Source: Fibrobacteria bacterium (GTDB lineage Bacteria > Fibrobacterota > Fibrobacteria > UBA11236). From it: DNA of 36,960 nucleotides. Every line of letters begins with the position of its first letter. Position 1 is the first letter of the stretch. The DNA is taken from positions 1 through 36,960 of the forward strand of contig JBGTHM010000016.1 in assembly GCA_041746255.1 (NCBI GenBank). The letters run 5' to 3'. Positions 1 through 8,247 of the stretch are shown here, piece after piece. The notes beneath the pieces were generated by a model. That model was not told the origin of the DNA and did no database searches. It was given only the letters and a program-made list of their open reading frames with translations. The translations under genes were made by a program, and so were the position numbers.

Positions 1-1
1 G

Positions 2-433
2 GTATTGACCAAGCCTTTGGCAATCGGGGGCTCCGTTCAATGGACATCGCGATTCGAAAGAAGCAACCAGTTGTTCTATCAATTTGTTGATCGACCTGGC
101 GGTTCCGGTGGAACCACCAAAGTAAGAGAAACCACCCAGCAGAAATCGATGTACCGATATCGCTCCGCGCTTAAAATTAGTGGCCCGCAATATACCGGCA
201 TAAAGTTGAGCCCTTATATTTATTCGGAGTCATTCAATCAAAGGGAGGCCGGGGAATATTATTCGGAAACTGAATTCGGCGTCTCATTCTCGCCAATAAA
301 AGGCTTGGGAGTCAGTTTGGCGGACAATTTTCAGATGAAGTTCCGAGCCGACGAAATCATCAAAAACCACATGCTCTGCATTTATGCTTTCTACACGATT
401 GATTTGACTGGACTCTCGGTTTTCCAGGACTGA
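2..433 (+). CDS. Probable outer-membrane beta-barrel protein (DUF2490-like), 5' truncated by the window edge
   Basis: Frame is open from the window start. Amphipathic beta-strand pattern (RYRSALKI, LSPYIYSESF, EFGVSFSPIKGLGVSL). Resembles the next ORF. Confidence 0.5.
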   Translation, partial: VLTKPLAIGGSVQWTSRFERSNQLFYQFVDRPGGSGGTTKVRETTQQKSMYRYRSALKISGPQYTGIKLSPYIYSESFNQREAGEYYSETEFGVSFSPIKGLGVSLADNFQMKFRADEIIKNHMLCIYAFYTIDLTGLSVFQD

Positions 434-475
434 AAGAACCTTCTTACCTCACTTAATAGGATTAACCCCCAAAAA

Positions 476-1222
476 ATGGAAAAAATTAGCATGAAAATCG
501 TATTGTTTGCCATCATAGCCTTGTTTTCGACTAAAGCGGTCAATGCCGATATCCAATTCGGGCAGAATATTGGCCTCACCATCGGAACAATGGCCGGAGA
601 AGAATTGTTCCTGGGTGTGAGGGGAGAGGCCTTCATGGGGCAGCACTTGGAACAAATCGATTTGGTGCAGTCCGCATTTGATTCTTCGGGACTTTCAGGT
701 ACTGAATTCGCCATCCTCGGAAGGTTGTTCCTTGGCACGGTAGGTAAGGCGGAGGTTTCGGGAATGGCTGAATTGGCCATTTACAACCGGTCAATCGCCG
801 ACAGCAACTTGTACGATGACATCATCACCACCTCCGAATACCAGCAATATTTGCCTCGGGCCGGCGTGAATGTCCGGGTTCCGGTGGGAGGAGGCTTTTC
901 CTTCGAATTCAACAACACCTTTGAGCGCCGCCTGATCACCAAGCCGGAGGTCTATTCATTTTGGATGTGGCAACCCCAAATGCGGGTGGTAACTCCTGCC
1001 CTGACCGGGCTGAACATCGCAGCCTATGCGGATTATAGCGGGTCAGACAATAAGGACTTGTCCTATTTAGCAAGTTCCTCATTCGGGTTGAAAAGCCGTC
1101 CGATCAAGGGTTTGTCCGTGGATTTAGGGGATAAAATATCCTGGAAACCGGATTTTAAGAAAACCACGGTCCACGTGCTTTCTCTGCAGGTGGAATATGC
1201 CTTTGGTTCCGATACCCCGTAA
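476..1222 (+). CDS. Exported probable outer-membrane beta-barrel protein (DUF2490-like)
   Basis: Signal peptide (MKIVLFAIIALFSTKAVNA-D), alternating beta-strand pattern and a C-terminal VLSLQVEYAF beta-signal-like segment. Start may be the ATG at 491. Confidence 0.55.
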   Translation: MEKISMKIVLFAIIALFSTKAVNADIQFGQNIGLTIGTMAGEELFLGVRGEAFMGQHLEQIDLVQSAFDSSGLSGTEFAILGRLFLGTVGKAEVSGMAELAIYNRSIADSNLYDDIITTSEYQQYLPRAGVNVRVPVGGGFSFEFNNTFERRLITKPEVYSFWMWQPQMRVVTPALTGLNIAAYADYSGSDNKDLSYLASSSFGLKSRPIKGLSVDLGDKISWKPDFKKTTVHVLSLQVEYAFGSDTP

Positions 1223-1289
1223 GGAGCCAGGAAAAGTCAAATATTCTACTTTCCTGGGTATTTAACCCATTTTGCAGAAAGTACAAAGG

Positions 1290-2366
1290 ATGACTTCTTA
1301 CAGCATTGCGGTGGTGAACGGTGACGGAATCGGCCATGAAATAGTTCCTGTAGCGGTAAAGGTTCTGCAATCCGCGGCGGAAAAGCATGGATTTTCGCTT
1401 AAATTCACCGATTTCCCGTATGGAGCCGGATATTACAAAAAGCATGGTGATTTCATGCCTGAGGACGGGCTAACCCAATTGGCCAAACATTCCGCCATTC
1501 TATTCGGAGCGGTCGGACTGCCCGATGTGGATGATACTTTGCCTGCCTTGCGGTATACCTTCAAAGTGCGTACCGCATTCAAGCAATACGTCAATTATCG
1601 GCCCACGAAACTGCTGCCGGGCATCGAGAGTCCCCTGCGGAATAAGGGCATGAAGGATATCGATTTCGTGGTAATTCGCGAAAACAATGAAGGCGAATTC
1701 GTCCAAAACGGAAAAATCCTATACCCGGAAATGCCTTATGGAGTGGCTATGGATACCGCCGTGTTCACTCGCGCCGGAATAGAGCGAATTGCCCATTACG
1801 CCTTTCGTCTCGCTCGCACGCGCAGGAACCGGGTCACCAATGTCACCAAATCCAATACATTGATTAACAGCCTGGCCTATTGGGACCGCGTGATCCAGGA
1901 GGTGGGCGAGCAGTATCCCGACGTGGAATTACGCAAAATGTACATCGATAATTCAGTGGCCAGTTTTGTGCTGAGACCCGAAATCCATGACGTCATCCTC
2001 ACAACCAATCTTTTTGGTGACATATTGAGCGATTTGGGCGGCGCCATCATGGGCAGCCTGGGTTTGGGCGGCAGCGGCAATATCAATCCGGAAAAGGAAT
2101 TCCCGTCCATGTTCGAGCCAATCCATGGCTCAGCTCCCGACATCGCCGGAAAAGGCATTGCAAACCCCATCGGGACCATCGCATCGGCGGCCTTGATGTT
2201 GGAGCATCTGGGTGAAAAAGCGGCAGCACAGGATATTGAGCGAGCCATCGAGGCCACTACGGCTTCCGGCATAAAAACCGTTGATTTGGGTGGCAAATCG
2301 AAGACTTCCGAGGTCGGGGACGCCGTCTTGAATCACCTGGTTAACAACCGTGTCGCGGTACATTGA
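1290..2366 (+). CDS. Isocitrate/isopropylmalate dehydrogenase family protein, tartrate/D-malate dehydrogenase-like
   Basis: Motifs GDGIGHEI, QYVNYRP, RENNEGEF, TKSN, NLFGDILSDL and FEPIHGSAPDIAGKGIANP. ATG at 1290 preferred over TTG at 1272. Confidence 0.9.
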   Translation: MTSYSIAVVNGDGIGHEIVPVAVKVLQSAAEKHGFSLKFTDFPYGAGYYKKHGDFMPEDGLTQLAKHSAILFGAVGLPDVDDTLPALRYTFKVRTAFKQYVNYRPTKLLPGIESPLRNKGMKDIDFVVIRENNEGEFVQNGKILYPEMPYGVAMDTAVFTRAGIERIAHYAFRLARTRRNRVTNVTKSNTLINSLAYWDRVIQEVGEQYPDVELRKMYIDNSVASFVLRPEIHDVILTTNLFGDILSDLGGAIMGSLGLGGSGNINPEKEFPSMFEPIHGSAPDIAGKGIANPIGTIASAALMLEHLGEKAAAQDIERAIEATTASGIKTVDLGGKSKTSEVGDAVLNHLVNNRVAVH

Positions 2367-2988
2367 TCTCACTTTGACCATGCGGGAGGGGATGCGCGGC
2401 GTCTCCTTCGATTGCGCCATGAATATGGAGCGGGGAGATGGTTGGAATGCCAACAATCTCTCCCTTTATTCCCATGCCGGAACCCACATGGACGCACCCT
2501 GTCACTTCGGCGTGGAGGGGCCTTCCATCGATGAATACACGATAGAAGAGTTGATGGGTCCCGCTTGGGTTGTCGATATTCCCGATTGCCCACAGAAATA
2601 TTTGATTCGAGTAGCCGATTTGGGAAATATTCAGGAACGGATTGTACCGAACGAAATTCTTTTGTTTCGTACCGGTTGGAGCCGCTTTGTAGACAAACCG
2701 GAAATTTACCGGGATGCGCTTCCCCGGATTAGCCAGGAATTGGCGGATTGGTGCGTGAAGATGCAGGTTAAGATGGTAGGTGTTGAGCCTCCCTCGGTCG
2801 CAGATGTACACAATCGGGAAGAATTGAAAAGCGTTCATCAAACGCTATTGGGTAGCAATATCCGTATTGTAGAGGGCTTGGCTCACCTCGATCAAATCCA
2901 AAAGGAACGAGTCACCTTTTTTTCCTTGCCGTTGAAAATCTATCAAGGCGATGGAGCTCCATGCCGGGCCTTTGCTGTGGAGGAATAA
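2350..2988 (+). CDS. Cyclase family metallohydrolase (kynurenine formamidase-like)
   Basis: HAGTHMDAP (HxGTHxDxP) motif, LLFRTGW and C-terminal PLKIYQGDGAPCRA. GTG start overlaps the upstream gene. Confidence 0.9.
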   Translation: MSRYIDLTLTMREGMRGVSFDCAMNMERGDGWNANNLSLYSHAGTHMDAPCHFGVEGPSIDEYTIEELMGPAWVVDIPDCPQKYLIRVADLGNIQERIVPNEILLFRTGWSRFVDKPEIYRDALPRISQELADWCVKMQVKMVGVEPPSVADVHNREELKSVHQTLLGSNIRIVEGLAHLDQIQKERVTFFSLPLKIYQGDGAPCRAFAVEE

Positions 2989-2991
2989 GGG

Positions 2992-4407
2992 TTGGCCGCT
3001 TCGATATTATACGAGACGCTTAAGACCTCCCTTCCCCCGGAGCGGAAACCCGAATCCCTAACTGAATCGGACAGGCTCACCAAAGAATCCGATTTTTCCG
3101 TCATCATTTTAGACGATGACCCCACCGGAACCCAAACCGTGCATGGGGTTCCGGTAATAACCGAATGGAGCGTAGAGGCCATCGCGGCGGAGTTCCGACA
3201 AAAAACCCCGGCTTTTTTCATTTTGACGAACTCGCGTAGCCTGAGCGAAGACCAAGCCGGATCCCTTGCCAATCGTATCGGATTGAATATCCGGGAAGCA
3301 GCGGAGCAATGTGAGCGGAAGTTCCGCGTCATCAGCCGGAGCGATAGTACCCTGCGGGGACATTATCCGATTGAACTGGAGCGATTGGAAGCGCCGCTTT
3401 ACCAGGAAAAGGTCGTCCATGTAATCATACCGGCATTTATTGAGGCGGGCCGGGTAACGGTGGAGGGAATCCATTATGTCCGGGATGCGGATGCATTGAT
3501 TCCCGTTGCGGAAACCCCTTTCGCATCCGATCATGCTTTTGGATTCAAGCATTCCCGATTGGGTGAATGGGTGGTTGAAAAAACCAGGGGGGGTAAACAA
3601 GAGGGTGATATTCTGCACATTCCCCTAGCCATAATTAGACAGGGTGGTGTGCCGGGCGTTCTCGCAAGGCTCGATGGGATCCAGGGGCAAACTGTCGTGA
3701 CCGTAGACGCCTTTTCTTATTCCGATCTGGATATCGTGGCCGAAGCCTTTCGGATTGCGGAAAGCCGGGGAAAATCTTTTTTGTACCGGACGGGAGCGTC
3801 TTTTGTCCGAAGTTATGCTGGAGTTTCTGCGCGGGGACTTTGGGAGCCGACGGCGTCGGCGGAAAAATCTTCGAGCGGCGGAGTGATTATCGTAGGCTCA
3901 TACGTGCCGCTTTCTTCGCGCCAACTGAGTTATCTCTGTAACAATGCAGGGATTCAAACCCTGGAATTGCTTCTCGATGCCGATCAGAATCCGGAGTCGT
4001 TGCTAAAGCAAGCGCAAGGGATCAGTTTGCGGGTGGAAGAACTGATAAGCAGTGGTGCTGACGTCGTTATTCATACCAGCCGGAAATGGGTACGCAAAGG
4101 CGATGTATCCGAGGAGCTGGAATTCGGACAAGCGGTTTCCCATTGCCTGGTAAAAATTATTGCGGACATCCAGACAAAACCCGGTTTCCTGATTGCAAAG
4201 GGCGGGATCACTTCCAGCGATGTCGCCACCAAAGCCCTTGGAGTGCGACGCGCCATGGTGCTTGGCCAACTCCTCCCCGGCGTACCCGTCTGGTTGTTAG
4301 GGCCGGAATCGAAATTTCCGGGTATGCCCTATTTTATTTTTCCGGGAAATGTCGGCGGAGAAACTTCGCTGTTCGATGCTTATCGCATATTGAAAGGGAA
4401 CGGATGA
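2992..4407 (+). CDS. Four-carbon acid sugar kinase family protein (DUF1537; DtnK/OtnK/OiaK-related)
   Basis: LDDDPTGTQ, RSDSTLRGH, VGSY, KGGITSSD and FPGNVG motifs. TTG start 3 nt after the upstream stop. Confidence 0.88.
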   Translation: MAASILYETLKTSLPPERKPESLTESDRLTKESDFSVIILDDDPTGTQTVHGVPVITEWSVEAIAAEFRQKTPAFFILTNSRSLSEDQAGSLANRIGLNIREAAEQCERKFRVISRSDSTLRGHYPIELERLEAPLYQEKVVHVIIPAFIEAGRVTVEGIHYVRDADALIPVAETPFASDHAFGFKHSRLGEWVVEKTRGGKQEGDILHIPLAIIRQGGVPGVLARLDGIQGQTVVTVDAFSYSDLDIVAEAFRIAESRGKSFLYRTGASFVRSYAGVSARGLWEPTASAEKSSSGGVIIVGSYVPLSSRQLSYLCNNAGIQTLELLLDADQNPESLLKQAQGISLRVEELISSGADVVIHTSRKWVRKGDVSEELEFGQAVSHCLVKIIADIQTKPGFLIAKGGITSSDVATKALGVRRAMVLGQLLPGVPVWLLGPESKFPGMPYFIFPGNVGGETSLFDAYRILKGNG

Positions 4408-5432
4408 TGGCCAAGTTAAAAGGCGTAGCCGTAGGAGCGGGGTATTTCAGTAAGTACCACTTTGACGGGTGGTCCAGGATCCCGGAGGTGGAAATTACCG
4501 CCTTGTGCAATCGCTCGACGGATAAAGCTCGTGCCATCGCCGATGAATGGGGCATCAAACGGGTCTATAGTGATTTCGCCGAAATGCTGGACAAGGAGAA
4601 GCCGGACTTCGTGGATATCATCACGGCCGCCGAGACCCACTTCGAGTATTGCAAGGCGGCAGCCGATCGGGGCATCCAAATCATCTGCCAAAAGGCCCTG
4701 GCGCCCACGAAAAAAGAGGCCCAAGACTTGGTGGCCTATGTGAATAACGCCGGCCTACGCGTGAGCATTCATGAAAATTTCCGCTTCCAGCCATGGCATC
4801 GGGAAATCAAGAAACTCCTAAATGCGGACGCCATCGGGGAGTTGCATACCTTCAACTTCCGCATGCGCATGGGGGACGGGTGGCAGGAGAATGCCTACCT
4901 GGAGCGCCAACCCTTTTTCCGGGAGATGCCCCAATTGCTTATTTTCGAAACCGGGGTGCATTTCATCGATACCTTCCGGTACCTTGCCGGGGACGTATCC
5001 CGTGTGTATGCGCAATTGCGGAAAATGAACCCCGATATCAAGGGGGAGGATAGCGGATTCGTCGCATTTGAATTTAAGGACGGCCCTTTCGGATACTATG
5101 ATGCCAGTCGTTTCAATGAAAGCAACTTTCAGGACCCGCGTTATACTTTCGGTGAATTCCTGGTGGAGGGGCGCAAAGGATCGATACGGCTTTACGGCGA
5201 TGGCAGGCTCACGGTGCAAAGGTTGGGGGAGTCGGAAAAGGAGCATGCCTATGCTCATGCAAAAGTCGGCTTCGCCGGAGATTGCGCCTACGCCGCCCAA
5301 AAGCATTTTATCCAATGCATTCTCGACAATGTCCCTTCCGAAACCGATGGCCCGGCTTACCTGAAAAACCTGGATGTCCAAGAGGCGATTTACCAGTCCG
5401 CACTGGAAAAACGCCCGGTTGATTTAGCCTAA
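4404..5432 (+). CDS. Gfo/Idh/MocA family oxidoreductase (D-apiose dehydrogenase ApsD-like)
   Basis: Rossmann VGAGYFS, DFVDII, CQKAL, HENFRFQP, GVHFID and NPDIKGED. ATGA overlap with the kinase stop. The ORF-track start at 4086 is an over-extension. Confidence 0.9.
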   Translation: MMAKLKGVAVGAGYFSKYHFDGWSRIPEVEITALCNRSTDKARAIADEWGIKRVYSDFAEMLDKEKPDFVDIITAAETHFEYCKAAADRGIQIICQKALAPTKKEAQDLVAYVNNAGLRVSIHENFRFQPWHREIKKLLNADAIGELHTFNFRMRMGDGWQENAYLERQPFFREMPQLLIFETGVHFIDTFRYLAGDVSRVYAQLRKMNPDIKGEDSGFVAFEFKDGPFGYYDASRFNESNFQDPRYTFGEFLVEGRKGSIRLYGDGRLTVQRLGESEKEHAYAHAKVGFAGDCAYAAQKHFIQCILDNVPSETDGPAYLKNLDVQEAIYQSALEKRPVDLA

Positions 5433-5630
5433 AAGCCGGGGAATTCGGCAAATCCTGCAAGTCCGGGACACTGTTTCACATAAGATACAGAAGTTGGCTC
5501 CGACCTCAATCAAGCCGCAACACGGATTTACCGGCCGCAATTAAATTAAGGTCAGCTATATTGTTTTCAAAACCATTACAAACATGGTATTTATCGAAAT
5601 TTTTCGAAATTCGCGGAAGGGTATTGGATT

Positions 5631-6449
5631 ATGAAACACCATAAAATATTGAACTCGAGTGTCATCGCACTCCTGTTTGCGACCCCCTCTCTCTACGCGC
5701 AAAAGGTTTGGGAGGAAAATGGAAAGGGTTTCGTAATGATGGAGGCGGAGGATACCGAATCCTCCCTTGGCAGTTGTTGGAAATTAACCAAACCTAATGG
5801 TCATACCGGCAAAGGTGCGCTGGAGATGACCTGTAATAACCCCAGCACCGGATCTCCCAAACAGCCTCTAAATTATAAGTTCAAGATAACGACTCCCGGG
5901 GAATACTCTCTCCACTTGCATATTTATAAAAACCTCCAGGGTCAGCCACACGATAAATGTAACGATGTGTATATCAGGGTAGCAGGTGATTTTTCGGCAG
6001 GAAGCGGGGCGCCATCGCTGGATATCTTGAAAAAGGATACGAAACATTTCGGTGGGAACCATGAACGATGCGCATGGACCGGGGCAAAGCCCATCGACTC
6101 CGATCATAAAAAATTCGCCGCTACGTATGTATTCAAGGCGGGTGAAACCTATACCCTGACCATGTCTGGACGCGCGCAACGCGCCAATGTCAACGCATTG
6201 GTATTTACCACGGCCGCAGCCAAATCAGATGCATTGGGAAGTGGTGGCACCACCGGATTGCGTATTTCGCCTGTGAACGGCCGTGAGGCTACTCCCAGGA
6301 TTGTCGTGGGTCGAGGAGCGCACGGGCTTACCTTGATGACAGTCGATGGCAGGATGGCGACCACCGGGCAAGCTGCCGGCGCAGCCAACGGTTTCAATGC
6401 CGATAAATCGGCACTGGGTGTCTACCTGAATGCCCCAGAACAACCCTGA
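5631..6449 (+). CDS. Secreted protein with a carbohydrate-binding-like beta-sandwich and a C-terminal sorting-like tail
   Basis: Signal peptide (..LLFATPSLYA-Q), MEAE and YKFKITTPGEYSL segments typical of CBM-like jelly rolls, tail with TVDGR...GVYL. Confidence 0.6.
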   Translation: MKHHKILNSSVIALLFATPSLYAQKVWEENGKGFVMMEAEDTESSLGSCWKLTKPNGHTGKGALEMTCNNPSTGSPKQPLNYKFKITTPGEYSLHLHIYKNLQGQPHDKCNDVYIRVAGDFSAGSGAPSLDILKKDTKHFGGNHERCAWTGAKPIDSDHKKFAATYVFKAGETYTLTMSGRAQRANVNALVFTTAAAKSDALGSGGTTGLRISPVNGREATPRIVVGRGAHGLTLMTVDGRMATTGQAAGAANGFNADKSALGVYLNAPEQP

Positions 6450-6516
6450 GGAAACTGAACAAGTGTTGGGTTGAATTTTCGGTTGATTCGCTCAATTCTG
6501 TAAATTTTACGGAAGA

Positions 6517-6552
6517 AAAAAGCCTTGTTCACGTGAGTGGGTAGGGCTTTTT
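6517..6552 (+). terminator. Probable intrinsic terminator
   Basis: AAAAAGCCTTGTTCAC-GTGA-GTGGGTAGGGCTTTTT forms a continuous stem with G-U pairs, a GNRA loop and a U-tract, between convergent genes. Confidence 0.65.
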
Positions 6553-6626
6553 CAAAGTTGATTTTTATGCCGTGAGCTTTATCCCGCATGATTGAAAATA
6601 GGTGGTGGGGGAATTGGGTGAAACGT

Positions 6627-7214
6627 TCAGCAGTATCGATTATCACTTAAAACGTGGGAATAATTCGCCTGTGTAATTCCTGGAACATCAAGAAAGCCCC
6701 CAGGACCAGTCTGGAATGGGGCCTTGGTAACATAGGGCTCCGCAGGTTTATTGCCCGGGTGTGGGGTCCACTCAACTTGGGGCCGTAAACGCCCCGAAGT
6801 GGGGCCGTACATGGTGCAATCATGCACCATTTCCCGGAGAGATTCTCTCAATTCCAACAACGTAAAAGGTTTGCGAAGAAATCGCGAGCCGGGAACTTCC
6901 TGGATTTTTTCGGAGGCCAAGGGGTGCCCGGAGATGAAAATAAGGGAATAGGGATAACCCTCCTGGCCTAATTCGGCTGCCATCTCGGCTCCCCCCATAT
7001 AGGGCATTTCCACCTCACTGATAATCCATGGCATCGCTCCGCAATTACGATAGATTGCTAACCCCTCCAAACCATTGCAAGCCGTTAGGACATTGTATCC
7101 CAGGTTTTGCAGGTAGCATTTCAAGGCCCCGCGCATATCGTCATTATTCTCCACCAGCAAAATCAAAGGAGAGGCCGGGGAATCGCCTGCACAGAATGGG
7201 GTATCCAAGAGCAT
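6627..7214 (-). CDS. Response-regulator receiver-domain protein, atypical (Glu at the phosphoacceptor site)
   Basis: ILLVENNDDMR, NGLEGL, IISEVEMPYMGG, IFISG and FLRKPF. ATG at 7214 chosen as the start. Confidence 0.75.
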   Translation of the reverse strand: MLLDTPFCAGDSPASPLILLVENNDDMRGALKCYLQNLGYNVLTACNGLEGLAIYRNCGAMPWIISEVEMPYMGGAEMAAELGQEGYPYSLIFISGHPLASEKIQEVPGSRFLRKPFTLLELRESLREMVHDCTMYGPTSGRLRPQVEWTPHPGNKPAEPYVTKAPFQTGPGGFLDVPGITQANYSHVLSDNRYC

Positions 7215-7390
7215 AATTTTTTCCTTCTGGTTTTTTAGAGTATAAAGGTGTGAGGGGGACAAAAAATGTCCCCGCAATAGCCGTTTTTCTTTTCTTGCGG
7301 TCCACACGAAGTTTTTTTAAAGAAAGGTGTCGCCTGCATCCTTGCAGGCAGAGGTTAGTGCACCTTGTTCTATGGATTTGGAGGTGGGAA

Positions 7391-8170
7391 ATGCTGCGAA
7401 CCCTAAAAAGCCTACAAGGATTTGAGCTAGGCGCAACCGATGGCATAGTGGGAAAGGTTAAGGATTATTACTTCGACGACCAGGATTGGGCGGTGCGCTA
7501 CTTGGTGGCGGATACGGGAAATTGGCTGTTGGGGCGGCAAGTCTTGATTTCGCCGGCTGCAATTACCTTACCGGAAGAAAATATCCGGGTTTTGAGCACC
7601 CGCCTCAGCCGCAAACAAATCGAGGAAAGTCCCTCTGTGGAGGAGGCCAAACCGGTATCCCGGCAGCATGAAATGGCTTATTCCGATTATTACGGCTGGC
7701 CGGCCTATTGGGAGGGTCCCTATCTCTGGGGAGGTGTGACGGCTCCTACCTATCCGCCTAGCGCGGAAACTTTGGCGCAACAGCGGACCATTTCGAGTCC
7801 TGGAGCCGGCCCAGAAATGCTGGAACCAAAAGGAGATCCCCGTTTGCGTAGTTGGCGCGAAGTATTGGGATATCATATGCAGGCGCGTGACGGAGAAATC
7901 GGACACATTGTTGATTTTTTGTGCGACGATCGGACATGGACCATTCGTTACCTGATCTTGGATACCCGAAACTGGTGGCCCGGTAGAAAGGTGGTGTTAT
8001 CTCCCGCATGGATAGAGGGTTTAAATTGGGAACACGAAAAAGTGGCTGCCAAGGTATTACGTGCGGATGTGATTCAGGCACCGGAATACGAATCAGAAAT
8101 GAACTTTACCGAAGATTTTCAGCGAAAGTTGAACGAGTACTATGAAAATACGCTCCGTTACCAAGCTTAG
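7391..8170 (+). CDS. PRC-barrel domain protein (two PRC domains)
   Basis: Two repeats: DGIVGKVKDYYFDDQDWAVRYLVADTGNWL and DGEIGHIVDFLCDDRTWTIRYLILDTRNWW. GAGGTGG RBS before the ATG at 7391. Confidence 0.9.
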   Translation: MLRTLKSLQGFELGATDGIVGKVKDYYFDDQDWAVRYLVADTGNWLLGRQVLISPAAITLPEENIRVLSTRLSRKQIEESPSVEEAKPVSRQHEMAYSDYYGWPAYWEGPYLWGGVTAPTYPPSAETLAQQRTISSPGAGPEMLEPKGDPRLRSWREVLGYHMQARDGEIGHIVDFLCDDRTWTIRYLILDTRNWWPGRKVVLSPAWIEGLNWEHEKVAAKVLRADVIQAPEYESEMNFTEDFQRKLNEYYENTLRYQA

Positions 8171-8186
8171 CGCCCGCGTTTAACTC

Positions 8187-8214
8187 AATTGGGGCGGTAT
8201 GCCCCGATTCTTTT
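8187..8214 (+). terminator. Possible intrinsic terminator after the PRC-barrel gene
   Basis: AATTGGGGC-GGTAT-GCCCCGATT stem followed by CTTTT. Confidence 0.45.
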
Positions 8215-8247
8215 ACTCTTTAGCATCCCTATATATATTGGGATTCG

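Noticed and set aside
4086..4403. 106-aa N-terminal extension of the Gfo/Idh/MocA ORF
   Set aside because: Lies inside the kinase CDS in another frame. The Rossmann motif starts right after the ATGA overlap at 4404.
7250..7390. Upstream extension of the PRC-barrel ORF and overlapping extension of the receiver ORF to 7307
   Set aside because: The extensions overlap each other in a divergent promoter region, and better starts exist at 7391 and 7214.
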